DNA of 63,633 bases, filler included, from Chiloscyllium plagiosum (lineage: Eukaryota): NCBI RefSeq assembly GCF_004010195.1. It is 4 parts of one record of this genome, joined end to end, with 100 filler letters (N's around TTAATTAATTAA, not from the genome) between each part and the next. Parts side by side here need not be neighbours in the genome. Positions count along the whole stretch, not along the records: positions 49,148 to 59,982 come from NC_057715.1; positions 60,083 to 63,633 come from NC_057715.1; 2 more parts are not named here. One strand, 5' to 3'. Shown here one piece after another: positions 49,148 to 61,089 of the stretch. A program made the translations under genes and the position numbers. Each line of letters starts with the position of its first letter. Position 1 is the first letter of the stretch. Under the pieces are notes generated by a model, which was given only the letters and a program-made list of their open reading frames with translations, did no database searches and was not told the origin of the DNA.

Positions 49148-49580
49148 AGTGCAGGTTCATAGCTCCTTGAAAGTGGAGTCGCAGGAAGGTAGGATAGTGA
49201 AGGCAGCGTTTGGTATGCTTTTCTTTATTAGTCAGAGTATTGAGTACAGGAGTTGGGAGGTCATGTTGCGGCTGTACAGGACATTGGTCAGGCCACTGTT
49301 GGAATATTGCATGCAATTCTGATCTCCTTCCTATTGGAAAGATGTTGTGAAACTTGAAAGGGTTCAGAAAAGATTTACAAGGATGTTGCCAGGGTTGGAG
49401 GATCTGAGCTACAGGGAGATGCTGAACAGGCTGGGGCTGTTTTTCCTGGAGCGTCGGAGGCTGAGGGGTGACCTTATAGAGGTTTACAAAATTATGAGGG
49501 GCATGGATAGGATAAATAGACAAAGTCTTTTCCCTGGGTCGGTGAGTCCAGAACTAGAGGGCATAGGTTTAGGGTGAGAG
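49148..49580 (+). mobile_element. CR1 ORF2 3' fragment
   Basis: KLERVQKRFTRMLPGLEDLSYREMLNRLGLFFLERRRLRGDLIEVYKIM. Confidence 0.93.
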
Positions 49581-49852
49581 CGGCAGTTTCCTTCCCCAAA
49601 GGACATTAGTGAACCAGATGCATTTTTCCAATAAATGACAATAGTTTCATAATCATCATTAGAATCTTAATTCCGTTTGTATTTCCATTCCATTGGCCGA
49701 GGTGGAATTTGAACCCAGGTTCCCAGAATATTAGCTGAATTTCTCGATTAATAATGTAGCAATAATCCCATTGAGGCCATTGCCTCCCCAAGCACAGGAG
49801 ATAAACAAAACAAAAGATGCTTATAGTCTCAGCAGTTAAGAGTCAACCACAT

Positions 49853-50155
49853 AGGGTGGCATGGTGGCACAGTGGTTAGCACTGCTGCCTCACAGTGCCA
49901 GAGACCCGGGTTCAATTCCCGCTTCAGGCAACTGTCTGTGCGGAGTTTGCACATTCTCCCCGTGTCTGTGTGGGTGTGCTCTGGTTTCTTCCCACAGTCC
50001 AAAAACGTGCAGGTCAGGTGAATTGGCCATGCTAAATTGCCCATAGTGTTAGGTGAAGGGGTAAATGCAGGGGAATGGGTCTGGGTGGGTTGCTCTTTGG
50101 AGGATTGGTGTGGACTTGGGCTGAAGGGCCTGTTTCCATACTGTAAGTAATCTAA
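49853..50155 (+). mobile_element. HE1-type V-SINE nested in a family B SINE
   Basis: Full head, V-domain and tail; host resumes cacattgctgtgggtctggag. Confidence 0.9.
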
Positions 50156-51099
50156 AAAAAAATTCACATTGCTGTGGGTCTGGAGTCACATCTAGGCCAG
50201 ACCAGGTAAGAGTAGCAGTTTCCTTCCCTTTCCAACAATTGACTCATGGTCATCACTGGACTCATAATTCCAGATTTTTTATTAAATTTACAATTCACCA
50301 TCTGCTACAGGAGGATTCCAACCATGGTCCCCAGGGCATTACTGCGTCTCTGGATTAACAGTCCACAATAATACCACAAGACTATTGCTTCCTTTTGTTA
50401 TCTGCTATTTTCCACAGTGGGATTCCAAACCCATGATCCCAGGCCTGGGGTTCTGGATTATTAAACCCATGACATTACCATGACACCTCAACCCTCCTTT
50501 TCTCTAAGTATATCATCCCTCTGCTCTCATTTTCAAGTGAAAGAAGTTTTCTGCTTTCTCGAATTATCCAATTCTTAACAGATTCTGCTCCGTCAGGAAG
50601 CTATAAGGGACCTACCAGGAATATGGCTAGCTCTCTTGACCTGCAAACCGGTTCCACATCTACCGTCCCTTCCGTCTGTCTCATCAATCGACTGTCAGAA
50701 ATCCAGTCCATCACCTCGCTTTTCAGACCAATGCTGACTCAAGAGCATCATAATCTGACAGAAAGACTGCTGTCAGGCATTAACCTCAATCAAAACAGAA
50801 GGAGGAGGCAGTGATATCAGTCTGTCAACCTCACTAACGTGACAGCTTCATTTTTGATTTGACAGACTTCATTGACTTAATGAGGTGTGACTGTATTACT
50901 CAGACATGACGTTCATTTGCTAAACCCATTTGGTGCAGCAAGATGTTTGGTAATATGCTTCTGTCAGTTTATCAACTGGATGAAAATGCATTTTTCCACC
51001 CCCAGGCTTTTAATGCCCAGCTGCCCAAGTGTGCCTACACTATGTCCCTTGTTGCCCTTGAGAAGATGGTGGTGGGCATCCTCTTGAGTCTTTGAAGAT

Positions 51100-51402
51100 G
51101 GGATAGCTCAGTGATTTGCACTGCTGTCTCACAGCACAAGGGACCTGGGTTTGATTCTAACCTCGGACAACAGTGTGGAGTTTGTATGTTCTCCCCGTAT
51201 CTGTGTAGGTTTCTGCCAGCTGCTCTGGTTTCCTTCTACAGTCCAAACATGTGCAGGTTAGGTGGATTGGTTATTTTGAATTGTCCCATAGTGTCCAGGG
51301 ATGAGCAGGCTAAGTGGAGTAGCCATGAGAAATAATCTTTGGAGGGTTAGTAGAGATTCAATGGGCTGTACAACCTCTATCTGCATTGTAGGAATGCTAT
51401 GA
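51100..51402 (+). mobile_element. HE1-type V-SINE, diverged
   Basis: V-domain gtgcaggttaggtggattgg and tRNA-like head. Confidence 0.8.
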
Positions 51403-53196
51403 CAATTCAAGGGTTCCAAAGGGGCTCCCATAATCCTGTTGGACAATGGGGACTGATGGTCCAAAACATAGTCATAGCAACCAATGCATCTGATTTACAT
51501 TGTTATTTCTCTTTCACCTCAATGAGCAACCATTTTGTCTTTTACAGTCAGCTTCCACCCATCTGTTACCCTTACCCATCCTCTGTCTCTGCCTAATGCA
51601 CAGAAGTGCACCATTTTCTCCACTCCTTTCAATTCTGATGAAGAGTCATACTGGAATCGAAACATTAACTCCGTTTCTCTCTCCACCAATGTTGCCAGAC
51701 CTGCTGAGTTTCTCTAGTTTTCTCTGTTTTGATATATCACATGTTTTGCTTGGGAGGTGGTGGCTGTGGTAGTCACTCACTGAACATATTCACCCAATGC
51801 CCTTTTTAATGACAAAACTCAATTTTATTACACAGATGATAAGAAAACAGGGGTATAAATATATATGTATATATATTGCAGTTTAGACAAATCTGAAGAA
51901 AAGTAGTAAAAAGAAAAAATCCCTTTTTCCCCAGCAAGATCCTTACAGACACTCAACCCCAGTGAAATAACTCTTCTATCTTAACACTTTAATTTATCAT
52001 TTATTTGATAAGGTTACAAACATTTTCTTTCAGGCTTGGTAACAAGGAGTGGAGAGAAAATTAATACTTTGACAGTGGAATGATAAATTAGATGAGGTAA
52101 GAGAGATTTTAAAAACCTTAGAAGCATAGGGAATAGAATCAGGATAGGCTATTTAGCCCTTTGAGTCTACTCCACCATTCATGGCGGACCATTTGACTCA
52201 ATCCCCTGTCCCTGCTTTCACCTCCATACCCTTTGATCCCTTTAGCCCGAAAAACAATTTTTCTTGGGAGTATAGGAGACTGAGGAGGGATCCTATACAG
52301 GTGTATAAGATCATGAGAGACATGGATAGGGTGAATGCACCCAGAGATTCCCAGAGTTGGGCAATCGAGGACTAGAGAGCATCAGTTTAAGGTTAGAGGG
52401 AAAAAAAATAAAAGGGAACCTCAGGGGTAATTTTTTTTCAGAGAGGGTGGTATGCACATGGAATGAGCTGCCAGCAGAAGTGGTACATTAACAACATTTA
52501 AAAGGCATTTGGACAAATACATGGATAAGAAAGGATTAGAATGACAGGGGCCAAGTGCAGGGAGATGGGGTTAGAGTGGACGGACATTTTGGTCAGCATG
52601 GACCAGTTTGGGTCAAAGGGTCTGTCTCTGTGCTGTAGGAGTCTATGACTCTATAACGATATCTAAATCCTTCTGGAAAACATTCAATGCTTCAGCCCTA
52701 ACTGTTTTCTGTGGCAGAGAATCCCATAGGCTCTCCACTCTCTGAGTGAAGACAATTTTCCTAATCTCAGACCTAAATGACCTCCACTGTGTCCTTAGAC
52801 TCTGACCCCTGGTTCTGACTCACTTGCCATCAGGAACATCTTTCCTATATTATTCAGTCTTGCTAGTATATTTCCCTCATTTTTCTAAACTCAATTGAAT
52901 AGAGTCCTAACTCTTCCAGTCTCTCTTCATTCTTCCAATCCCAGGTGTTAGTCTGGTAAACCTTCTTTCCTTGAGAAAAAGAAAAGCTTAATTTTATCAA
53001 CTTGCCTTCGTGAGTTGGAAGACCAGAGTTCTGACAGAGTCCGAGAGAGATTATTCAATGACTGTGAAGTAAGTTTGAGCTGTTGAGGTAAATTTCTAAA
53101 ATTCAATATTGATCTAAACTGAAAACTTTTAATTTGCAAGATATCAGTGTCAGAGAAGAACATGTTTTCTCAGTCAGGATATTCCCAAAGTCAGGG

Positions 53197-53447
53197 ATAA
53201 AAACTGAAAGAACCACTGATGCTGTAAATCAGACACAAAAACAGAAATTGTTGGAAAAGCTCAGCAGGTCTGGCAGCATCTGTGAAAAGAAATCAGAGTT
53301 AATGTTTCATTAACAGAGTTCTGAGGACAGGTCACTCAACCTGAAACGTTAACTCTGATTTTTGTCCATTGATGCTGCCAGAACTTTTTCCAGCACATTG
53401 TGTTTTTGTTTCTGATTTACAGCATCCACAATTCTTTCAGTTTTTAT
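53197..53447. mobile_element. PLE foldback with degenerate hammerhead at 53321-53350
   Basis: cagagtt-CTGAGGA-C-AGGT(CACTCA)ACCT-GAAA-CG-TT-aactctg; both arms reach the element terminus. Confidence 0.8.
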
Positions 53448-53569
53448 ACCTGACTTTGGGGATATCCTGACTGAGAAAAAAATGCTCTTCCCTGACACTA
53501 ATATCCTACAACTTGCTGGTGTTCAGGTTAGATTATGTAAAGTCCAACAAAAACCTTTACTTCAACAAA

Positions 53570-54060
53570 GTGGAGTGCAGATTCATAGCTCCTTGAAAGT
53601 GGAGTCGCAGGTAGATAGGATAGTGAAGGCAGCGTTTGGTATGCTTTCCTTTAGTGGTCAAAGTATTGAGTAAAGGAGTTGGGAGGTCATGTTGTGGCTG
53701 TACAGGACATTGGTTAGGCCACTGTTGGAGTATTGCGTGCAATTCTGGTCCCCTTCCTATCGGAAAGATGTTGTGAAATTTGAAAGGGTTCAGAAAAGAT
53801 TTACAAGGATGTTGCCAGGGTTGGAGGATTTGAGCTATAGGGAGAGGCTGAACGTATGGAGTGAGCAGCCAGAGGAAGTGGTGGAGGCTGGTACAATTGC
53901 AACATTTAAGAGGCATTTGGATAGGTATATGAATAGGAAGGGTTTGGAAGGATATGGGCCGGATGCTGGCAGGTGGGACTAGATTGGGTTGGGATATCTG
54001 GTCAGCATGGACGGGTTGGACCGAAAGGTCTGTTTCCATGCTGTACATCTCTCTGACTCT
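53570..54060 (+). mobile_element. CR1 LINE 3' fragment with internal deletion
   Basis: LYRTLVRPLLEYCVQFWSPSYRKDVV...LSYRERLN joined directly to VWSEQPEEVVEAG. Confidence 0.92.
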
Positions 54061-54506
54061 AAAGTTCTGGAGCTGCCTGAGCAGCCTGTATTGAGTCAGT
54101 GCGATTCTGTCAATCCTTGCACCTTCACTGAGCACATTGGAGTCTCAGTTGGATGTTGAGTGGGGGATATTTTGTGCTGAAGTTGTTTCTGGTTCTTTGC
54201 TGTCTACCCAATAGGCATCACTTCCGCCAGTGATGCCACAATGCTACTCAGTCACCAGCCTTCCCTTCTCTGCTTCTTTCAAAGTCTTCCCTTTCACTGC
54301 TTTTGCCAAACTGCTACCAATTGTCAGCCCAGATTACGTGCTTGATTCCCTGGAGTGAGATTTGAACCCATGACCTTTTGACTGGGACAATAAGCCTCCT
54401 GCCTCAAAGCTGAATGTTCGCATTTTGCCAAAAAGGATGTGTATTTGTTCACAGCAATTTTCTCCTACTCAGCTCCTGACCTCCTGTCTTCTTGATAATA
54501 TTAATG

Positions 54507-54724
54507 ATTTGGAGATGCCGGTGTTGGATGGGGTGTACAAAGTTAAAAATTACACAACATCAGGTTATCGTCACAGATTTATTTGGAAGCACTAGCTTTT
54601 GGAGCACTGCTCCTTCATCAGGTGGTTGTGGCACAACCATCTGAGGAAGGAGCAGCGCTCCGAAAGCTAGTGTTTCTAAACAAACTTGTTGGACTATAAC
54701 CTGATATTGTGTGATTTTTAACTA
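54507..54724. mobile_element. PLE family B palindrome, 13-bp TSD, hammerhead at 54641-54669 (+)
   Basis: TSD gataatattaatg at 54494-54506 and 54725-54737; CTGAGGA-A-GGAGC(AGC)GCTCC-GAAA-GC-TA. Confidence 0.88.
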
Positions 54725-55279
54725 GATAATATTAATGGTAATTGGTGCTACTTTCATATTCATCACATGTACCTGCCAGTGAAGCAGCTATGAACAGGTT
54801 GGTGCTCAATAACTGATACTATGTAAACGTTGCAACAAGGGACCACTCAATCCATTCTGTCTCTGCCATTAAGTGGTTCAAAAGGACCTCTGCCATCCTT
54901 ACGGCTCTGTGCGTTCTTTTGGTTCAAGTATTTATGCAATTGCTCTTTTGAAAAGCAATGGGAATCTCCATCATGCATGTTTCCCCCTTTAGAGAGTCTA
55001 GAACTAGAGTTGACAAGGATCATCAATGTGAAGCAGAGATGAAGAAAGTGTTTTCTTTCCCTGTCAGAGGGTTTTCCCTGGATATGCTGATAGAAACAGA
55101 GTCCTTGAATATTTGTAAGGGAGAAGTAGATAGATTCCTGTTAAGGGCAGGGGGTGAAAGGTTATCAAGGGTTGGAGAGATTGTATATTTAAGCTTATAA
55201 CTGAATCAATGCATCCAAGTCACTGATTGGATGAATGCTCATATATCCCCTGTGCTTAGGATTTCATGCTCCAACAACC

Positions 55280-55625
55280 AGATCATCGAATCCCTACACT
55301 GTGGAAGCAGACCGTTCGGCCCATCGACTCCACACCAGCGTCTCACCCAGACCCAGCCCCTACCCTGCAATCCCACGTTTCCCATGGCTAATCCAACTCG
55401 TCTGCAGACCTAGCCTGCACACTGTGGGAAATTTAGCATGGCCAGTCCTGCCTGACCTGCGCATCTTTGTATTGTGGGAGTAAACCGGAGGACCCAGAGG
55501 AAACCCAGGCACACACGGGGAGAATGTGCAAACTCCACACAGACAGCTGCCCAAGGTGGGAATCGAACCCAGGTCCCTGGCACTGTGAGGCAGCAGTGCT
55601 AACCACTGAGCCACCGTGCTGCTCC
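55280..55625 (-). mobile_element. HE1-type V-SINE
   Basis: Full head and V-domain on minus. Confidence 0.88.
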
Positions 55626-55904
55626 ATATTTAGACAAGTTTCTCCTAGCCTTTGCAGTCCACTGTTCGGGTGGAGGCTATCACTCAATTGGTAGCACTCT
55701 CACCCCTGAGCTGAAAAAGTGAGAGTTTGAATCCCACTGCAGGGACTTGTGTTTCTTTCAGTACAGAATGGTGTTGCACATGGAGCTGGTGTACTTGGTC
55801 AGCGCCTCTATCCAACCCCTCCCCAACCCATACCCCCAACATGATGTGTTTGGCCAGTTTCCTAGACAGTGGCGAGTACGATGATCTGGATCTCCTGGAA
55901 GCTG

Positions 55905-58900
55905 TCTTTTTTTAATAATTGCTGTTATTAAAAGAAAATTTTCTTTTTCCATATAAAATTACAAAAAAAATTACAACACCAACAAACCAACAAGAGAGGA
56001 GAAAAATCTCACTCTATGTGTATATAACAACAGAGAGAAAAAGCAACTCCAACAACATAAATATAACACAACTATACCCATGTGCAAAATAGGCAGATCA
56101 GTAAAGGTAATTAATAAATAAACAAATAAAACAGCTCAGCACAACATTACATTAGCTCCCAATCTCCAATAGCACTAAGCATTACACTCAAATTTATTTG
56201 GGATTCTTCCTCAAGGACATCAAGTACGCTAGATCAGACCATCATGCTACACTAAAGCCCTAGTTAGAATCACAGATAAATCTACATCCAGGTAGTTCAG
56301 AAAGGGCTGCTATATCCTATAAAAGTTTTCAGTTTTCTGGTGTACCATATATGCTCCATGATAAGCCTATACCAACCATACAGACCCGGGGGTGTTTCAG
56401 AAATCCAGCACATTAGAATGTTCTTACTTGCACAAAAAGTGAGAATATTAAAAAGTTTTCTCTCCCCCGTGAGAATCCACAGAAGATATATTGGTAGGCC
56501 CACGAGAAAAGAAATAGCAGCCATCTTAACCTCGGCCCCCAAGACCCTCTCTATAACCCCTGCCACAAAACTCCAGTACATACAGAGCCAATCAAATATC
56601 TTTTCTGCATCTAAGGAAATCACTAGTCCCAGAACCGGCTGCTGCTAACATTGAATATCTAATAAGGATAAAGCAGGGGTTAGGAAAAGCTTGAATCATA
56701 TTCAGCAACCCCTGACATTATTAGGGGATTTGGATGTAGGTTTGCTCGCTGAGCTGAAAGATTCATTTCCAGACTTTTCGTTACCTTACTAGGTAATATC
56801 TTCAGTGGGCCTCATGTGAAGCAATGCTGAAAATTCCTGCTTTCTATTTATATATTTGGGTTTCTATGGATAGGTGATGTCATTTCCAGCAGTGATGTTA
56901 TTTCCTGTGGTGAAGTCACTTCCTGTTCCTTTTCTCAGGGGGTGGTAGATGGAGTCTAACTCGATGTGTTTGCTGATAGAGTTCTGGTTGGAATGCCATG
57001 CTTCTAGGAATTCTCATGCATGTCTTTGTTTGGCTTGTCCTAGGATAGATGTGTTGTCCCAGTCGAAGTGGTGTCCTTCCTCATCCGTACGTGAGGATAC
57101 TCGTGAGAGAGGGTCATGTCTTTTTGTGGCTAGTTGGTGTTCACCAACTCTTCCTCTGGAGTTTTCCCCTTCTTAAGAATGAGTGAAATATAAGCCTCTC
57201 TCAGGGATGGTGGGAGATGATCATGGCTATACGAGTCATTTTACATGTCCAACAATGGCCATGACAATATACTTATAAATTCTTTATAAAACTCACCGGG
57301 GAGACCGTCAGGGCTAGGTTCCTTCCCACTCTGCACCTGTTTCCCAGCCTCCTATACCTCCTATACTGTTAAAGGGGAGTCAAGGAAAGACGCCTGTTCA
57401 GAGGTGATACCTGAAAGATCCAAGTTCTTAAAAAAGGATTCCATCTTAGCCCATCCACCCTCACAATTCTCAGACTGGCATAACTCAAAATAGAATTTCT
57501 GTAATGCTGCATTGATCTTTTCAGAATTACAGGTGACCATCACAGCCCCATCCCTAGTTGACGTAATGGATTAGTGGACATTCATTCTTCTCGCAAGATG
57601 TACTAAATACCTGTCTGGCTTGTCACCATGTTCAAAAAGTGGTTGTTTCACAAAGGAAAGTTCCTTCCTTGCTGTCTGTGTAAGCACAGAATGGCTGTAA
57701 CCCACTACAGCTTAATCAGCGATGGCTTATCAACATATGTCTTTAACTATGCCTCAAGCAGGCTCTGTTGCTCCCCTTTCTGTCATTTCTGACTAGCAGA
57801 ATAAGAAATGGTTATCCCCTGGAATAAGCCTTAGCCATCTCCCAAAGAGTAGACAGGTTGCTGGCCTTGTCTGAATTCATGGATACAAATACGTTAAATT
57901 CGTTAAAATGATATTCAATGAACTTACTGTCCCTAAGAACAAAGGGATCCATTCGCCAATGCCGAGAGCCAGCAACACAGCTCTTCACCTCAGTCTCAAG
58001 ATAGACTGCAGCGTGATCTGAGATAATGATTTTCCCAATTATACAGGTTTTTACTGAATCCAAGGATAGTGCAGGGGTTGGAAAAAGATCAATCCTGGTA
58101 TGGCACTTGGGCAGATTAGAAAAGAATGTAAAGTCCCTGCCCACGCCTCCAAACATCACCCATCCCAATTCCGCACATAGCTCCACCAGATGTTCAGATT
58201 GTGTAGAACGTGCTGAGGGCCCTTTAGGCATTCTATACACCGCAGAGGCCATAGGGCAATTAAAGTCTCCCCCTATAATAAGCTACCATGGTGCAAGAGC
58301 CAACAATTTGGAGAGTACATCTATCAAACATTTCACAGAATGTGCTGGGGACAATACACGCTCAGGGTATCAGACTCTTCTCCACCTATTGAGGCCTTAA
58401 GAATGATAAACCGCCATACACATCTTTAATCTGTTCTAGCAACTTAAATGAAAGCTTCTTCCTCGTGAGTACGGCCACACCCCTGTTCCTAGTATTGAAG
58501 GAGGGGAAGTACACCTGATCAAACCCACACTGCTACAATTTCAAATGTTCCTTATCATCAAAGTGAGTCTCCTGTAAAAGGGCAATCTCCTTTCTAATAC
58601 TAGAAAGCACATTTTCCCTTTTAATTGGTGAATGGCTCCCACTAATATTCCAGGTACACCATTTGAGGACACAATTAGCCATGATGCTCTATGACTTCAT
58701 TTAATCTCCAAAAAGGTAGAATTTGGCTTATCAACTGCTAAGCAAAAGATTCACAAAGCCCTAAAAAATACATTAGCTAAAACTACTACATATAACATCC
58801 TAATAACTACAGAAACAAAAATCCAACTGACTAAACCAAGTACAAAACATTTAAGACGGTGGTCCACCCCTACCCACAGGGACCACTTACATATCCTAAA

Positions 58901-59759
58901 AACACCTTCATACCGCCTTCCAGCTTGAGCTGCATCCCAGACTCAGGCAAAAAAAAGGAGAGATTAGAAAAAATCTTAACAAGGAAATTAAATGTAGACA
59001 CTCAACCCATCCCCAACCACATATTATCACTCATTAATATGAGAAAAAAATTCAGCAACCTCTTCTTCAAACAAGTAATTGGGAGAGAAAAAGGTTAAAG
59101 AAACACTATTGTTTACGTCCTTTAACTTATCCAATCTATTTTAAAACACCCAAAAAGTTTTTCACTTTTTCCGAAGAGTCAAAAGAGTGCACAGATCTAT
59201 CATACATAAAGTGAAACACCGCCAGGTACCTTAGAGAATACTGGATGTCTCAGTCTTCTCTTAGCTTCATCAAAGATCTTTTTACGAATTACAACTGCCA
59301 TGAAGTCTTCAAAGAACACAATCTTGGAGCCTTGGTAAGTTAAGGCCTGTGGATCTTTTCCCTTTATTCTAGAGTCTTCCATAATTTTAGTTTTGTCCCT
59401 ATAGCTGTGGAGTCGCACTAGGACCACACGATGGCGCTGGTCCAAGCTGGGCCTGCGCACTGCAACTGGATGGGACCGTTCAACTTCTACCCAATCCGAC
59501 ACAGCCTCCAGGCCCAGGAATCAAGGCAGCCAGCTTTCAAAGAAAGCTGTCTGGTCACCTTCTACCCCCTCCAGCAGCCCCACAACTTGGACGTTCTTCC
59601 TCCTACTCTGTTCTCGAGGTCGTCGACTTGCTCCTGTAAGGTAAGTACCTGCATCTCCAGTATTCGAACTCTTTCTTTTGAAGAATCGATCTCAGTTTCC
59701 GAAGCCGCAGCCCTCCTTTCACGTTCCTCTGTTCTGCGTCCTAGGCCTTCCAGCTGCTC
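55905..59759 (-). mobile_element. Decayed L1-clade LINE: ORF1, APE endonuclease and internally deleted RT
   Basis: ORF1 QEQVDDLENR and EVERSH...VLVRLHSYRDK...YQGSKIVFFEDF (59200-59760). Endonuclease FTFFSN...HTRIDLF...ISDHAAV (57800-58680). RT start GRNLA/DGLPGEFYK (~57150-57550). ISLDAEKIFD fused to the C-terminal region (56300-56700). T-rich 3' end at ~55905. Confidence 0.88.
56731..57145 (-). mobile_element. Poseidon-type PLE 3' fragment inserted in the L1
   Basis: HQLATKRHDPLS...HHFDWDNTSILGQAKQRHA on minus. Hammerhead-like CTGAAGA-T-ATTACCT(AGTA)AGGTAAC-GAAA-AG-TC at ~56772-56806. Confidence 0.88.
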
Positions 59760-59982
59760 CTGTACAAGCAGGACGGGTTGCACCTGAACCAGAAGGGCAC
59801 CAATATCCTGGGAGGTAAGTTTGCTAGCACTCTTCGGGGGTTTTAAACTAATTTGGCAGGGGGATGGGATCCGGACTTGTAGTCCAGCAAGTAGGCTAGC
59901 TGTTTGTCAGGATGTCCAAGAATGTAGGGAGGCTGTGGAGAAGGTAGCACTGACAGGGAATACTTGCAGACACAGAGATGGG
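59760..59982 (+). mobile_element. CR1 ORF1 esterase C-terminus (DxxH block V) and inter-ORF region
   Basis: LYKQDGLHLNQKGTNILGGKFASTLRGF* from 59760. Confidence 0.8.
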
Positions 59983-61089
59983 NNNNNNNNNNNNNNNNNN
60001 NNNNNNNNNNNNNNNNNNNNNNNNNNTTAATTAATTAANNNNNNNNNNNNNNNNNNNNNNNNNNNNNNNNNNNNNNNNNNNNGGGGGGTAGAGTGATTGG
60101 GGGAGAGAGTACACAGGGCAGGGGGAGAAGCTGTGTGATGAGCAGCTCTCTATAAGAATTGCCGAGATAACTCTACAAATGGATGCAGGATAATTGCTTC
60201 ATGACGATGCACTGGGAAATGCAAAGGTTTTATTGAGTGTGCCAGTTTCTTGTGCATTTGTGTGGTCAGCCAGACAGTATCCTGTAGAAATTGCTGTGTT
60301 GTATATTAGCAGGAATGTACAGGATGCTTGAACAGCATACTTACTTACATTTGCGGTGAATGATATAGATCCTGTCCTCCAAGCCTCCATCATTGAAGCC
60401 TCATTGTCTAAGTCACGGTGGGGGGGGGGGGGGGAGGTCCCAGCAGAAGAAGAAAGCTTTGTATTTGCATAGCACCTTTTATAACCTCAGGATCCCCAAC
60501 ATTGCTTTGCAGCTAATGTAGCATGTTCTGACAACATTGTCAAGTTGCAAATGTCGCAGGCGATTTGCACACAGCAGGGGTGTTCCTCTAAAAGGTAAGG
60601 TGATAAAAGGTAACGTCATCTTTCTCTAAGGTCCCGGAACCTTCAGGGGAATGACTCTTACTTTTTCTCCTAATTACCCTTTGGTATTCAAGGCAGACAA
60701 AGTGATTTCCTTCACATTGGGCAGATCAAAGCCAGACTGTGGGGTCACTTTGCGGAATAACGGGAACATAAGGACCAGGAGCAGGAGGAGGCCATTCAGC
60801 CCCTCGAGACTGCTCTGCCATTTAATGCGATCATGACTGATTTCAGCTCAGCCTCAACTTCACTTTCCTGCCTATTCAACCCTTTGCTAATTAAAAATCT
60901 CCACCAAATTATTCCGTGCCCTGGTGTCCACCACACTCTATGTCTAGTCAGTGCACAAGTGGGACCCTCAGAATCGAACCAGATCTAATTTTAATTCTTG
61001 CTCTACACTCCTACATTGTCATCTCTGTCCTTGGCCAGGCGTAGGTGTTTCAATGACGTAGGTCACAGGCTGCACATTCTGGGGAGATA

